The notes beneath the pieces were generated by a model. The model was given only the letters and a program-made list of their open reading frames with translations, did not search any database and was not told where the DNA came from. From positions 37,386,001 through 37,450,000 of the forward strand of contig CM059436.1 of assembly GCA_030390025.1 (NCBI GenBank): a stretch of 64,000 nt of DNA, given 5' to 3'. A program made the position numbers and the translations under genes. This document shows, in pieces, positions 1 through 14,056 of the stretch. Position 1 is the first letter of the stretch; every line of letters starts with the position of its first letter. The stretch comes from Squalus acanthias. Taxonomy: Eukaryota.

Positions 1-345
1 TTGGCAATTACAATGCTGTTTTTTCTCACTAGAGTTTGGTGAATTGTAATGGTGGGTATCTGAAATGATTGTAACATGTCCACTAGAATGGTGAATCATA
101 CCCAATTATAGACTTTAGTCCTTCCAGGTTAAGGGATGTGTTTGGAGAGAGCGTTTTGAACTATGCAACACTGAAACACAAAAAAATGACTTCATCTCTT
201 GATGAATGTTAAGAACCAAGCACACTCACCTTAATAAAAACCCTATATTAAGCTAGCTGCCATTCATGCTTCAACTGTGTAGACATTACCAATGTCAAAT
301 GATGAACTTTAAAACTGTTCCTTGTTGTAATCCTTTTGTTGGCAG

Positions 346-502
346 GTTGATCACTGGTTGGAGTTCAGCAGCACAAGACTGGCAAGCTCTGCTCTGTTCC
401 CTGCAGCAATACAAGAGCTTGATCGTGCACTCTCTCTCAGGACATTCCTGGTTGGAAATGAATTGACCCTGGCTGATCTGTGTGTATGGGCAGCATTGAA
501 AG
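346..502 (+). CDS. EPRS1: EPRS1 coding exon (human exon 4 equivalent), GST-like domain
   Basis: AG at 344-345, GT at 503; 157 bp; translates [15 protein letters not shown]...[22 protein letters not shown]. Confidence 0.93.
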
Positions 503-838
503 GTTGGCAAGAGAATAGTGTTGTTTAAAATGTATTTATTTTTGTAAGTTGTATGTATAGTACATTTTAGGTTAGTATTTTTGGAGAGCTATTTTAGCCT
601 GATAATTTTGAAGATGCAAATATAAATGCACACTGAGGTGATTATATTGAACAGTCTTCTAACCCTTGTTTAAGGAAATCATTCTTTTACAGACACGACT
701 TCACAGTGACATTACAAAATGTTTTAAATTGAATTTCCTTGGGTTACAGTAATAATCCTTTCAATTGAAAACCTACAAATGTGACGAATAGACTACGTCC
801 TGGCCAGCCACATAATATGATAGATTTCTCTAACAACT

Positions 839-915
839 ACTACTACTACAAGAACAACTTTAGATTTTTATAGCGCCTTTAATGTAGAAAAAAATCCAAT
901 ATCCCTTCAGAGGCA
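839..915 (-). mobile_element. L2-type LINE 3' tail fragment
   Basis: Reverse complement resembles the AAGGCGCTATATAAATGCAAGTTGTTG tail of the L2 copy at 46254-47660. Confidence 0.5.
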
Positions 916-2063
916 TAATTCCCTCCCAAAAAACTCTACTTATGAAACTAATTATAACTCAATTGGGATTGTCAGTTGAGAGTTATGGCGCTATTTAATA
1001 TATTCCATAGCATGTCTTTCAGAATTTATCTACAGTTTTAAGACTGGTGTGACTTAAGTTAACCTGTAACTTGGTTCAATATTTAATATGAAACTACATT
1101 TTACACTGCACACAGGTCATGGGGGATGTAAAAATATCAGTCCTCGCCCAGTATTGCTGTTGTGTGACTCTTCTCATCTGGCTTGTTGCTGTCCATGTTT
1201 ATAGGGGGCGGGTGAAATATGACAAATTCCTGCTAATTATTCTTTTTCATGCTGAAGGTGATGCAAAGATTATAACAGATCCTTGAAACATTAAAATGTT
1301 ACATTAACGATTGATGGGTATCCACAAAGGCTGCTATTTGGATATCGTGAGCGTCAACAAAACAAAGCAAAAATGAGGGACATTGATGACGCCAAGGTTT
1401 AAAAGCAAGGCACACACTTATTGGCTACCTGCGGGAAGTTCAAAACGCATGCACAGTTGTTAGAACCAAGCTGCTAATTTAGTGATGCCTTTAGTAGAAC
1501 TTGATTAATGTGTAAAATGTGTTTGTTTAAAAAGAAAAACACAAAGAAAAGATAATGGACATACTAAATAACTTTAAATGTTAGTTGGGGAAAGTCATGA
1601 CCATCCTAAGCAGTGGTTGTGCTGATGTTTTTATATGAAGAAAGAAGCCTGTTCTTTTTGCACATAATTTGGAGCTCTGGCACACGGTGGTTTCTGTTAA
1701 TTCTAGTCTTGGGGAATGCATACTAGAGCAGGGTATGGGACTAAGTAGGGATCAGCATTGTGAGGCCTCTGAATGTGGGAAGTCAGCTGGCTGGGTGGGG
1801 ATTTTGAAGTGTAGCAGAGGGATGGATGATATACCTTGGGTTTAGGGTGTTTAGAAGCCTGGCAGGATGTGTTTTTGGGCTGGGGAGAGTTTTGGAGCCA
1901 AATTGTATTTTTTTTAGTTTGTAAAGTTTTTTTTTCCAATTACATTGTGATTGGATTTTATTTCTACAATGTATAGTGGAATGGATAAGGAACTGTCATA
2001 AACACTACTATCCCAAAGAATTTCTTTGTTTCGCACTAACTTTTTTTTGGCAATGTAACTGAG

Positions 2064-5000
2064 GAACATAAGAACATAAGAACATAAGAAGTAGGAGCAG
2101 GAGTAGGCCATATGGCCCCTCGGGCCTGCTCTGCCATTCAATAGGATCATGGCTGATCTGAACCTAGACTCACGTCCACTTCCCTGCCCGCTCCCCATAA
2201 CCCTTAATTCCCTTATCAGCTAGGAAACTGTCTATCTCCGTTTTAAACTTATTTAATGTCGCAGCTTCCACAGCTCTCTGAGGTAGCAAATTCCATAGAT
2301 TTACTACCCTCTGAGTGAAGAAGTTTCTCCTCATCTCAGTTTTGAAACGGCAGCCCCTTATTCTAAGATTATGCCCCCTAGTTCTAGTCTCACCCATCAG
2401 TGGAAACATCCTCCCCGCCTCCACCCGATCAAGCCCCCTCACAATCTTATATGTTTCGATAAGATCGCCTCTCATTCTTCTGAATTCCAATGAGTAGAGG
2501 CCCAACCTACTCAACCTTTCCTCATAAGTCAACCCCCTCATCTCCGGAATTAACCGAGTGAACCTTCTCTGAACTGCCTCGAGAGCAAGTATATCTTTTC
2601 TTAAATATGGAAACCAAAACTGTACGCAGTATTCCAGGTGTGGTCTCACCAGTACCTTGTATAACTGAAGCAAGACTTCCCTGCTTTTATACTCCATCCC
2701 CCTTGCAATAAAAGCCAAGATTCCATTGGCCTTCCTGATCACCTGCTGTACCTGCATACTAACCTTCTGTGTTTCATGCACCAGGACCCCCAGATCCCTT
2801 TGTACTGTAGCACTTTGCAGTTTCTTTCCATTTAGATAATAACTTGCTCTTTGATTTTTTTTCTGCTAAAGTGCATAACCTCACACTTTCCAACATTATA
2901 TTCCATCTGCCAAATTTCCGCCCACTCACTTAGCCTGTCTATGTCCTTTTGCAGGTTTTTTATGTCCTCCTCACTCACTGCTTTTCCTCCCATCTTTGTA
3001 TCGTCAGCAAACTTGGATACATTGCACTTGGTCCCCTCCTCCAAATCGTTAATATAGATTGTAAAGAGTTGGGGTCCCAGCACTGACCCTTGCGGAACAC
3101 CACTAGTTACTGATTGCCAACCCGAGAATGAACCATTTATCCCAACTCTCTGTTTTCTGTTAGATAGCCAATCTTCTACCCATGCCAGTATATTACCCCC
3201 AATCCCGTGATTTTTTTATCTTGTGCAGTAATCTTTTGTGTGGCACCTTATCAAATGCCTTTTGGAAGTCCAAATACACCACATCCACTGGTTCCCCTTT
3301 ATCCACCCTGTTTGTTACGCCCTCAAAGAATTCGAGCAAATTTGTCAAGCATGATTTCCCCTTCATAAAACCATGCTGACTCTGTCCGATTAAATTATGC
3401 TTATCCAAATGTCCTGTTACTGCTTCCTTAATAATGGACTCCAACATTTTACCAACCACAGATGTTAGGCTAACTGGTCTATAGTTTCCAGCCTTTTGTC
3501 TACCTCCCTTTTTAAATAAGGGCGTTACATTAGCAGTTTTCCAATCTGCTGGGACCTTTCCCGAATCCAGGGAGTTTTGGAAAATTACCACCAATGCATC
3601 CGCAATCCCTACCGCTGCTTCTCTCAAGACCCTAGGATGTAAGCCATCAGGTCCAGGGGATTTATCCGCCTTAAGTCCTATTATCTTACCGAGTACCATC
3701 TCCTTAGTGATTTTAATCGTGTTTAGCTCCTCCCCCCCCTATAGCCGCCCGTTTGTCCAGTGTTGGGATATTTTTAGTATCCTCTACTGTAAAGACTGTT
3801 ACAAAATATTTGTTCAGCATATTTGCCATCTCCGTGTTCCCCACTACTAATTTCCCGGTCTCGTCCTCTAAGGGACCAACATTCACTTTAGCCACCCTTT
3901 TTCTTTTTATATAACTGTAGAAACTCTTGCTATCTGTTTTTATATTTTTTGCTAGTTTACTTTCAGAATTTATCTTCCCCTTCTTAATTAATCTTTTAGT
4001 TATTCTTTGCTGGCTTTTAAATGCTTCCCAATCTTCTATCCTCCCACTAGATTTGGCTACTTTATATGCCCTTGTTTTCAGTCGGATACTATCCTTTATT
4101 ACTTTACTTAGCCACGGATGGCTGTCTTTTCTTTTACGCCCCTTTTTCCTCAGTGGAATATATTTTTCTTGAAAGTTGTGAAATACCTCCTTGAATGTAC
4201 ACCACTGCTCCTGTACCGTCTTACACCTTAATCTATTTTCCCAGTCCACTTTAGTCAACTCTGCTCTCATACCTTCATAGTCTCCTTTATTTAAGCTTAG
4301 TACGCTGGTTTGAGATCCAACTCTCTCACCCTCCAACTGAATTTGGAATTCAACCATGTTATGGTCACTCATTCCAAGGGGATCCTTTACTAGGACACTT
4401 TTTTTATTAATCCTGTCTCATTACACAGGACCAGATCTAAGATTGCCTGCCCCCTGGTTGGTTCAGTAACATACTGCTCAAGGAACCCGTTCCTAATGCA
4501 CTCTATGAACTCTTCCTCAAGGCTGCCCTGCCCAATTTGATTTGTCCAGTCAATATGAAAGTTAAAATCTCCCATGATTATAGCTGTTCCCTTATTACAA
4601 GCCCCAACTATTTCCTGATTTATACTCCGACCAATAGAGTTACAACTGTTAGGAGGCCTATAGACTACGCCCACTAGTGACTTTTTCCCCTTATTATTCC
4701 TTATCTCCACCTAAACTGTTTCACTATCCTGATCCTTTGACCCAATATCATTTCTCACTATTGCAGTGATTCCATCCTTTATTAACATAGCCACCCCACC
4801 TCCCTTTCCTTTCTGTCTGTCCTTCCTAATAGTCAAATACCCCTGGATGTTTAGTTCCCAGTCATGGTCACCTCGCAGCCATGTTTCTGTAATGGCCACC
4901 AGATCATACCCATGTGTAGTTATTTGTACCGTCAACTCATCTGTTGTTACGAATGCTGCGTGCATTCAGATAAAGAACTTTTAAACATGTTTTGTGACAA

Positions 5001-6500
5001 TTTATTCCTGCTTTTACCCCCTTTACTACTTTACCTTTATCTTTATATATTCTGTCCCTTCCTGACACGCTCTGGTTTTTAATTTCCCCACTGCTAATTT
5101 GCTCTATTGCCTTCTCTGCTGACATTTTTATTCTTCGCTCTCTTGAAACCTCCCCCCCCACTAATTAGTTTAAAGCCCTCTCTATAGCCCTAGTTATTCG
5201 ATTTGCCAGGATTCTAGTCCCAGCACTGGCCAAGTGAAGTCCGTCCCAACGGAACAGCTCTCTCCCGTCCCAGTACTGGTGCCAGTGTCCCAAGAAGCAA
5301 AACCCATTTCTCCCACACCAGTCTTTGAGCCACGCATTTAACTCTCTGATTTTATTTACCCTAGCCAAATTTGCTCGTGGCTCAGGTAGTAATCCAGAGA
5401 TTATTACCCTTGTGGTTCTGCTTTTTAATTTGGCCCCTAGCTACTCATACTCCCTCAGCAGAACCTCTTTCCTTGTCCTATCTATGTCGTTGGTACCAAC
5501 ATGGACCACAACAACTGGATCCTCCCCCTCCCACTCCAAGTTTCTCTCTAGCCCAGAGGAGATGTCCTTAACCCTGGCACCGGGCAGGCAACACAACCTT
5601 CGGGACTCTCGCTCTCAGCTGCAAAGAACCCTATCTATCCCCCTTATGATACTATCCCCTACCACTACAACATTTCTTTTTACTCCCCCCCCCACTTGAA
5701 TGGCCCCCCCCGTTCCACGGTGCTGTGGCCAGGTTGCTCATCCTCCCTGCAGTCCCTGCTCCCGTCCTCACAGGGAGTAAGCGCCTCGAACCTGTTGGAC
5801 AAGAGCAAGGGCTGCGACTCCTCCAACACTACCTCCTGGATCCCCGTACCTGCCTCACTCATAGTCACACCCTCCTGTCCCTGACCACGGACTACATCTG
5901 AATTAGTTAATCTAATTGGTGTGACTACTTCCTGGAACACAGAGTCCAGGTAACTCTCCCCCTCCCTGATGTGTCGCAGTGTTTGAAGCTCGGACTCCAG
6001 CTTATCAACACGGAGCCGGAGTTCCTCGAGCAGCCAACACTTACTGCAAATGTGATCACCGTGAGCATCAATGGTGTCCACCAGCTCCCACATATTGCAG
6101 CAGTAACACATCACCTGCTCTCCCATTCTATGTAATTAATTAAATTTATTAATATTTTTAAATACCCTCTGCCCCGCCTGATGAATATCACACCTTAGAA
6201 ACTATAAACCACAGAGTTTAAGTTTAAAAAGAGAGAAATACTCACCAACCAATTACTTACCTGCTTTCTGGTGATGTCACACCTCGATTATTTTTTACCT
6301 CTCTCCCTCCCTCCGAGTTCGGAGACTGATCCCGCCTTATCTGGTCTCTGGAGCCTTTTAAACCCTCTGCCGCCGCCTCGCCTCACGCAGGTCCGCCGCC
6401 GCACCAGGAAGCTGACAAAGATGGAAAAAGGAAGGAACACCTCCCTCCCCGCACTCCTTCACTCACCAAACTCGCAGCTTAACACTCTGTTCCAATCACA
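2064..6500 (-). mobile_element. Near full-length CR1 LINE: 5'UTR, ORF1 (Zn-finger, coiled coil, SGNH esterase), ORF2 (APE endonuclease and RT); disrupted
   Basis: (TTCTTATG)n tail at 2064-2090; RT motifs NYRPVSLTS, YLDFQKAFDKV, FADD; APE motifs AITETW, GDFN, SDH; ORF1 CYCCNMWE...CSKC; stops near 5438 and 4711 plus homopolymer frameshifts. Confidence 0.93.
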
Positions 6501-6662
6501 TTGGTAAATTAAGTGTAATGAAAGTAGAAAATAACCTATTTAAAAGAGGGGGGAAAAGCAACTTAAACGCTGACCTAATGACACAAAAGTAAAAATGGCC
6601 ACTATCTAAATGATGGACACAATAATAAGTTTATTATAAAGACTGTATATTGTTATCAACAG

Positions 6663-6802
6663 AAAGTAGCCTTTGTCAGGAGCAGCTAAGCCAGAACAAG
6701 ATGCCAGCTCATGTTAAACGCTGGTACAACTTCCTTGGCTCACAGGATGCATTTCAGTCTGTGGGTAAAAAATGGGCAATCGTAACACCACAGAATAAAG
6801 TG
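6663..6802 (+). CDS. EPRS1: EPRS1 exon (5)
   Basis: AG/GTAAGT; 140 bp, phase fits previous exon; QEQLSQNKMPAHVKRWYNFL. Confidence 0.92.
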
Positions 6803-7815
6803 GTAAGTGTGCAGTTTTCTAAAATCTTGTGTAAACCAGTTGAAATAGTAGTATAGTTTAAGAGCTGTCTGATCATTAAGGCTGGCATAGAAATTGTTGT
6901 TTTAAATCTGGTAAGATAACTGTTGTTCCCATTGAGATATCCTCACTGTATCCAATCCTTTTTATAGTATTTTAAGTATCCCTCTTTCCCAGAGATTTCT
7001 TGTTTTACTGAACCTCCCTATTTTAGTTGACTCTCTCATTTCATTACTCTAATATTAGAGATGTGTCTATCTAGCCTTGCATTTTATTCAGAAAGCATAC
7101 AATATTAATGTATCTGTATTAATGCAGCAGTATATGATTACAGAAAAGACACACATGAGCTTGGGAGTGGCATAGTGGTGCAGGATGATGCAGATCCAGT
7201 GCACTGTCCATAAACATATTTGCACCTGTGATTCACCACATGATGAGTTCCCAGTATCACCAGTGCTGCCATGAGAAGGAGCTTCTCTACAGGGTGGAAG
7301 GGAGAATTTGATGAGCTGTTTGCCCTGGATTGTTCTCCCATGCCTCCAAGTGGCTAGCGAAAGAGCAACATTGGCAGAAGTGTGCTTTCTAGCTTGTCGT
7401 CTTGGTCCAGAAGGCATGTGGCACTGGGATATGTAGGAGAAGAAAGGAAAATAATATACAGTACTACAAAAGAAGTCACTTGCCAATTTGATACTTGTCC
7501 TAATGTGTTTTTTTTGTCAGTAAATTGATAGTGAAGCCAGTTGAGCATTAGCCAAATCAATTTGGAGAAGTCTGATAAAACATGCCATTTTGCTCAGCCA
7601 TACATTTTATGGGATCGACATTTTACGGCTCAATGTCTTTCTTTAAAACACATGACCTTGAATGCATTTCTCTAACATTTTTTTTATCTCTACCCCCACA
7701 TGATTTTTTTTTAGAGAAGGTTTAAATTGAGTAGATAAAACTTTTATAAAGGGAGTTTATAGTTAATATGCTCCAAATGAGGAATGCTTATCTTTGTGCA
7801 TCATAATTTTTGCAG

Positions 7816-7910
7816 ATGAATGAGAAGAAGGAGGATCGTGGAAAATTTGCTGAACTGCCCGGTGCAGAAATCGGGAAAGTGGTAGTAAGGTTTCCACCTG
7901 AAGCCAGCGG
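7816..7910 (+). CDS. EPRS1: EPRS1 exon (6), start of GluRS catalytic domain
   Basis: 95 bp; [24 protein letters not shown]; AG/GTGAG. Confidence 0.95.
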
Positions 7911-8559
7911 GTGAGTTAACGGGTTAAAATTTCCTTTTATTTTTTTAAAAAAAACCTGAGTCTTAAATGGTGTTAATTCTGTTTGTATTAACTGGTGTTG
8001 AGTCATTTGACTCTAGCTTTAAGCTGGAGTTGCAAATCACCTGGAAGGTGAATATTGGGAAAATATTACAAAAGATAGACGTATCTTTCTCACCTCAGTT
8101 GTTGTTGCATGTTTTTAAATGGTGTCAAAATCTTGGACTGGGGAACATGAAATGGTGACAGGAGAAGTGAGGTTTTAAGATACTGAATGTGACGAGAGAA
8201 ATCAGGATATTAAAATGTGAGCATGACTGGATGAGTGAAGGAGTATTGTCATGGGAAAGGAATAGTGAGCTTAAAATAGTGATTAGAAGGAGAAAGAAGA
8301 TATACTTCAAAATTAATATCTTGATACCTCCCTGTATCCCTAGGGAGGGACTTGATGATATTTTGAATTCAAGAAAAGAGTTGTTGTATTTGGGACCCAG
8401 ACTTTTGGGTGGGGAGGTTTGAAACTATGTTTTGGGGTGGGAAGGAGTTTGAAAAATGTCTGATTGGAACATAAAAACAGGTTATGAAAGTATTCAAAGT
8501 TGGAGTCAGAGGTCCAGTGGTGGGATGAAATTGATGGTGCCCATGGCTCCCAGACCTCC

Positions 8560-8940
8560 AATGTCTCAAGTTTAAAATTTTCATGCTCATTATTAATTCC
8601 CTTCATGGCTTGCTTCTCTCTAACCTATTTCAGACCTACAACCTCTCCTCCAGAACTCTCTCTGCTCCTCTGACTCTGGCCTCTTGTGTATTTCCCACCC
8701 CTCCCCTTACCCCACCATTCGTGCATGTGCCTTTAGCCACTGAGGCCCCAGGCTCTGGAATTCCTTCCCTAAATTCCTTTGCCTCTCCACCTTAAGCATC
8801 CTTAAAACCCACCTCTTTGACTAGCTCTTGGTCACCACTCCTAATAGCTCGGCTTCCATTTCTGTCTGATTAAGTTTTGGTGAAGCATCTTGACATGTTT
8901 TCCTACTTTAAAGGTGCTATATAAATGCAAGTTGTTGTCG
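8560..8940 (+). mobile_element. L2 LINE 3' fragment
   Basis: Degenerate RT C-terminus and tail AAGGTGCTATATAAATGCAAGTTGTTG. Confidence 0.65.
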
Positions 8941-8989
8941 TCCTTAAGTCAAGTATAAGGTTTTTCGAATTGTAGATGTTGCAGTGTAG

Positions 8990-9238
<249 letters not shown>

Positions 9239-9925
9239 TAAAACCACGGTGATCATTCATTTTGACAATCAAATAGTCATTTGATTGTAAAAATTGTTAA
9301 TTTAATATTTAGATCGTTTAAATGTTTTAAATATATTTTTCTAGGTTCAGTGAGTTCAGTGTTTTGAGACCATACTGAGTGCCAAGTCTTCTAGATGGTT
9401 TAGATTCCCAGCACTACAGATGTCGCACTGCTAAGTGAACTAAAATCCTCCCACTCCCCAAATTAAAATCTGAGCAAATCCGATAACATGAAAAAAAATC
9501 CACTATGAAAATCAGTCATTTAGCCCCTTGAAACTGTAAATTCTTCTACTCTAGCGTGTTGCTTAATCTCCTGGTTTTTTTTCCTTGATGACCGCCCAAG
9601 ATTAAGAACTTGCAGGTCCAAACTTATGATCCATCTCTCTCTGGCACAGGGCACAGAACACAAAACAGCAAGCTGTGTCCCACCTTCAATTTCAAAAATG
9701 TTGCAATATACTTCTAGCTTTAACCTACATCACATAACTGAGGCACTTGAGAGCCTAGCTACCTTCTTTGAAACTTTTCAGAACAGTGTAATTGAAAAGC
9801 AGTTTCCTTCAGAATTGAGGAATTTAAGATTTTTCTCAACCTGCACTTCAGAATTAAATTGAAACTTGTTGCATTGCATTCTAATAAGGAGTTGAATTGT
9901 ATGTAACATTCACTGCTTTCTGTAG

Positions 9926-10118
9926 GTTATACTGGAAGATGTTTCAATGCTACAGATAAAACCTGATCGATTCACCTACACCTCTGATCATTTTGATATT
10001 ATAATGCAATATGCAGACAAAATGATTAGAGATGGGAACGCTTACGTGGATGACACACCTCCAGATCAAATGAAACAAGAACGTGAGCAAAGGATTGAGT
10101 CTAAACACAGGACAAATT
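9926..10118 (+). CDS. EPRS1: EPRS1 exon (8)
   Basis: 193 bp; [23 protein letters not shown]...; AG/GTGAGT. Confidence 0.95.
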
Positions 10119-10326
10119 GTGAGTATCATTAAAATTCTGCTTGGTATCAGTCTGGGTTGCTAGCTATCAAATCTTTTTCTTCTCTGCACTTGTTTTCCCA
10201 CCTCTCCTAAAAAGAGTGATTCATGCTGGGGCATGGTTCTTGCACCTTGCCTTATGAGCCTAGACGGTATGCGTTCGTAAGCTTCTTGACTACAGTGGAC
10301 ATCATATTTGAACCTGATTCTGCCCT

Positions 10327-10825
10327 CGGTTGACTTTCTCATGGCTGAAGGGTTGATAACGAGAGGGCACAGATTTAAGGTGATTGGCAAAAGAACCAGA
10401 GGTGACATGAGGAAAAACTTTTTTACGCAATGAGTTGTTAGGATTTGGAATGCACTGCCTGATAGTGTGGTGGATACAGATTCAATTGTAGCCTTCAAAA
10501 GGGAATTGGATAAATACTTGAAGGGGAAAAAAATGTAGGGATATGAGGAAAGAGTGGGGAGTGGGGCTAACTGGGATTGCCCTTCGAATGAGCCGGTGCA
10601 GATCAATATTCCCCCTAATTTTTTATTCTAGATGTGCGCCCCTTTAGGGGGCTGTGTGGCCCATTCACAGTTTCACGCATGCATGAAATTTAACATTAGA
10701 AAAGCTGGTCCCGGGCTGCGCGGGGCCAGCAGAGACCTGTGGCTGCGCAGCCTAGAGGGAACATTGGTGCAGACTCCATGGGCTGAATAGCCTCCTTCTG
10801 TGCTGTACTAGTCTGTGATTCATAT
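10327..10825 (+). mobile_element. CR1 3' fragment interrupted by a MITE
   Basis: AEGxxTRGHRFK-type coding end and tail GGGCTGAATAGCCTCCTTCTGTG. Confidence 0.8.
10604..10766. mobile_element. hAT-type MITE
   Basis: TIRs CAATATTCCCCCTA / TAGAGGGAACATTG; 8-bp TSD GTGCAGAT / GTGCAGAC. Confidence 0.8.
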
Positions 10826-11431
10826 GCAGCTTCCAACAAACGTCACTGAATAGCATTCAGGAATAGTAATCTTGGCCATCCCCCACCATGCCTGGTGGCA
10901 TTGAAACTAATTGTGCAATGATTGGCTAATTTAGCATACCCCACCGATTTAAGCTGGGACTTTTGAGATCTGTTTGGATCAATACCACACAAATATATAT
11001 TTTTTGTTTAATAGCATTTTTTCTGAATTGTCATTAATTAGAAAAAATGCACCAAAAAGCCATAGGTTGGTTTTCATTAAGCAAGTGGCCTCCTTGGGGG
11101 AAGCGAGGTGTGTTCTTGGGGTGGAAGTAGCTGCAAAGTGGCATGCATGGTGATGGAAGTTCGGAACATAAAGTCAATCCTCTGTGGCAGACTCAGTAAT
11201 GCAATAATGAAACCCTGCAGGAACCAACTCACTACTGTACCTTGTAGTGCACAAGTATTCTCAGATTGTAGTAACACAGAAAAAACCCATAGATTTCAGA
11301 TGCTCCAAGGAATGGCTGTAATGGAGGAAGAATTCCTATTGTATTTATTTGGTTGGGGGTTCTTTTAATATTAACTCCTATAGATTTAAATTCCTATCAT
11401 CTTGACACTGCATGTAACTTATTTCCTGCAG

Positions 11432-11603
11432 CTGTGCAGAAGAACATGCACATGTGGAAAGAGATGAAGACTGGAACAGAGTATGGGCAAACCTGCTGTT
11501 TACGAGCAAAAATTGACATGGCCTCCAACAACGGTTGCCTCAGGGACCCCACGATCTACCGATGCAAGAACATGCCACATCCTCGCACAGGGCTCAAATA
11601 CAG
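11432..11603 (+). CDS. EPRS1: EPRS1 exon (9)
   Basis: 172 bp; [24 protein letters not shown]. Confidence 0.95.
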
Positions 11604-12176
11604 GTGAAATATATCAGTCACATTTAGGTTCTGAAAATATCACTCTAGGATATTTAATTTCTTTGGTATTTTAAATTAAAAAAAAACATACATACATACT
11701 AGACCCCTGTAATGAGGCCTCAATAGTGCCGCATTGTCAGAGGGCATATACCATAGTTTTCTCATGCAGGTGTTCCGCTGGCAAGTGTGTCCAGCCCAGG
11801 CACTGTTATAGATCTACAGAGGTGAACATTAAAAGCATTATGTCCTTCCCCTCAATTCCAGCACCTTAAAAGCTCTCATTGCAGCAGCTGATTGATTCAA
11901 TGTTTTAGCTGATTTACAGCTCTTCGCTCATCTGGCTACAATCTTAACCATCTTGCTGACTTAAGTTTTTTGTACTGAAGTGTGAAATTGATAACAATGG
12001 AGTCTGTACAAGGGGTCAATTCCTGATTTAACCTTTTCAGGGTCTAATAGGTAGCCATCAACAGGTAATTGGAAAGCTGAGGTTTAACAATCCATACAAG
12101 TGGAGATCAGAAAAATATTTAAGGTCATTCAGAAAATTTACAGAAATGCCAGCACCTGAATAAAAGACAAGTTAAT

Positions 12177-12884
12177 GGGCCAGAATTTACTGTAAAAGTA
12201 ACGGTGAGGCACTCAACGCTATTTATGCGTAAATCAGACAGCAACTTCAGGCGAGCGCAGTTAAACGCGAAAATCTGGAAGTTACTGTCCGCGATGTGCT
12301 GTTCATCTGTAGTTGTACGAAAATGGCATCTCTTGATCAGGCTCCCCATTCAAATGTATTGAACGGCCTGAAGTTCCTGGACTTGCATGGTAGATACAGA
12401 CTAAACTCACAAAGTTAGGGCTTGCCTCTTTCTTTCTAAGTACCCTTTTTAACAGCATGATAAGTCTTAATTACTGCCAAACAACCTCTCTGGCACTGAA
12501 AATTAACTTTTACAAGTGTGGAATCTCATTCTTTCAGATTTTAATTGTTGCTGGAGATTTTTTAAATTTTTTTTGCTTTTTTTTGTCCTTTTTACTCTCT
12601 CAAGCCAATCTTTCTTTCTCCCTTTTCATTATGCTTTCTGTACCTGATTTGACATTGAATTCACTATTCATACTTACACTCCTGGTTCAGACTCTGGGCT
12701 GTTCATTAATAATACTTCAATCTAATTGGTTAAGGAGACACATCATTGCTTGTCCTATTCACACACACATCCCAGATGTCCTCTAGAGGGCGCTGTGCCG
12801 TTTGGCTCTCTAACTTCCAGCAACTTCCAGTGCAAAAGGTCATAGACATTAAATGGGCAAGCCGGTTACAGTAAACTCTGCCCC
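12177..12884. mobile_element. Non-autonomous DNA transposon with GGG(C/G)C termini (Harbinger-like, inferred)
   Basis: 19-bp TIR GGGCCAGAATTTACTGTAA / TTACAGTAAACTCTGCCCC (17/19); no clear TSD. Confidence 0.65.
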
Positions 12885-14056
12885 ACCTGACCAGAATGGT
12901 ATTCTGATGAAGGGATGCATCAGAATTCTATCCCAATAGGATTCTGTGGCAGGCAATTGGCGGACCAAATTTATTTTTCTAGCTATAGCCTTGCATGATA
13001 CTGCTTTGACTTGCATTCTTTTGGCAAATATTCTTTGCATGCAAGACTTCTTAAGCTGCATCCATGCTTAAAATAACTGGTCTTTTATCTTGGCTTTCCT
13101 TTTCATTCTTGCAATCATCATCATTAGTTTTCTTGTCCTTTTGTATTATGATTGTTGGTACAATATTTCACTAGCACATATTTCCATTGACAAAGGAACC
13201 TCATGTTTATTTGCAAACTGAGGTGTGCTGATCTGTGGTGACATTAAAGAATATTTGTTTCATAATTGTATTTAGAGTTGTATGAAAACTCAGCTGTAGT
13301 CCACAAAAGGCTAATATGTATACAGATTAGAAGCGTTTCTTCTCCTTCTCATTTTGTACCAACAGGCAAATTATTATCTACCTCACTTTTTTTGCCGACC
13401 TAGTTAATCTGCATAATTTAGATTGCTATTGTGGTCAAATTTTTCTCCATGCTCTTATTCTGATTCGCATCCAGTAGCGTGTTAGCTAGGCAAGGGGTGA
13501 AAAGCTGGAGAGCAGTTATGTTGATTGGATTTTGAGATAAACTGAAGTTATATAATTCAAAAAGTTATTTCTTTTTTTAAACTGAAGGATAGTTTCATAT
13601 CTTATAATTTATTCAGTCTTCACATTGATCATAACTAAAGGACTGCAGTTCAGGTTGCACATCCAGAAAGATAGAAATAGATATCCCATACATAGAATCA
13701 TAGAATGGTTACAGCACGGAAGAAGGCCATTCGGCCCGTCGAGCCTGTGCCGGCTCCCTGCAAGAGCACTTCAGCTAGTCCCACTCCCCCGCCCTTTCCC
13801 CGTAGCCCTGCAAGTTTTTTTCCTTCAGGTACTTATCCAACTCCCTTTTGAAAGCCGTGATTGAGTCTACCTCCACCACCCTTTCAGGCAGTGCATTCCA
13901 GATCCAACCACTTGTTGAGTAAAAAAGTTTTTCCTCATGTCGCCTTTGGTTCTTCTCCTGATCACCTTAAACCTGTGTCCTCTGGTTCTCGACCCTTCTG
14001 CCAATGGGAACAGTTTCTCTCTATCTGCTCTGTACAGACCCCTCATGATTTTGAAC

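Noticed and set aside
7140-7450. Higher-GC unexplained intronic segment with overlapping short ORFs
   Set aside because: No recognisable protein, RNA or terminal-repeat signature; probably an old TE fragment, but I cannot support a call.
12901-12926. Hairpin ATTCTGATG...CATCAGAAT containing CTGATGAAGG (hammerhead-like start)
   Set aside because: It lacks stem II, GAAA and stem III, and is too short to call.
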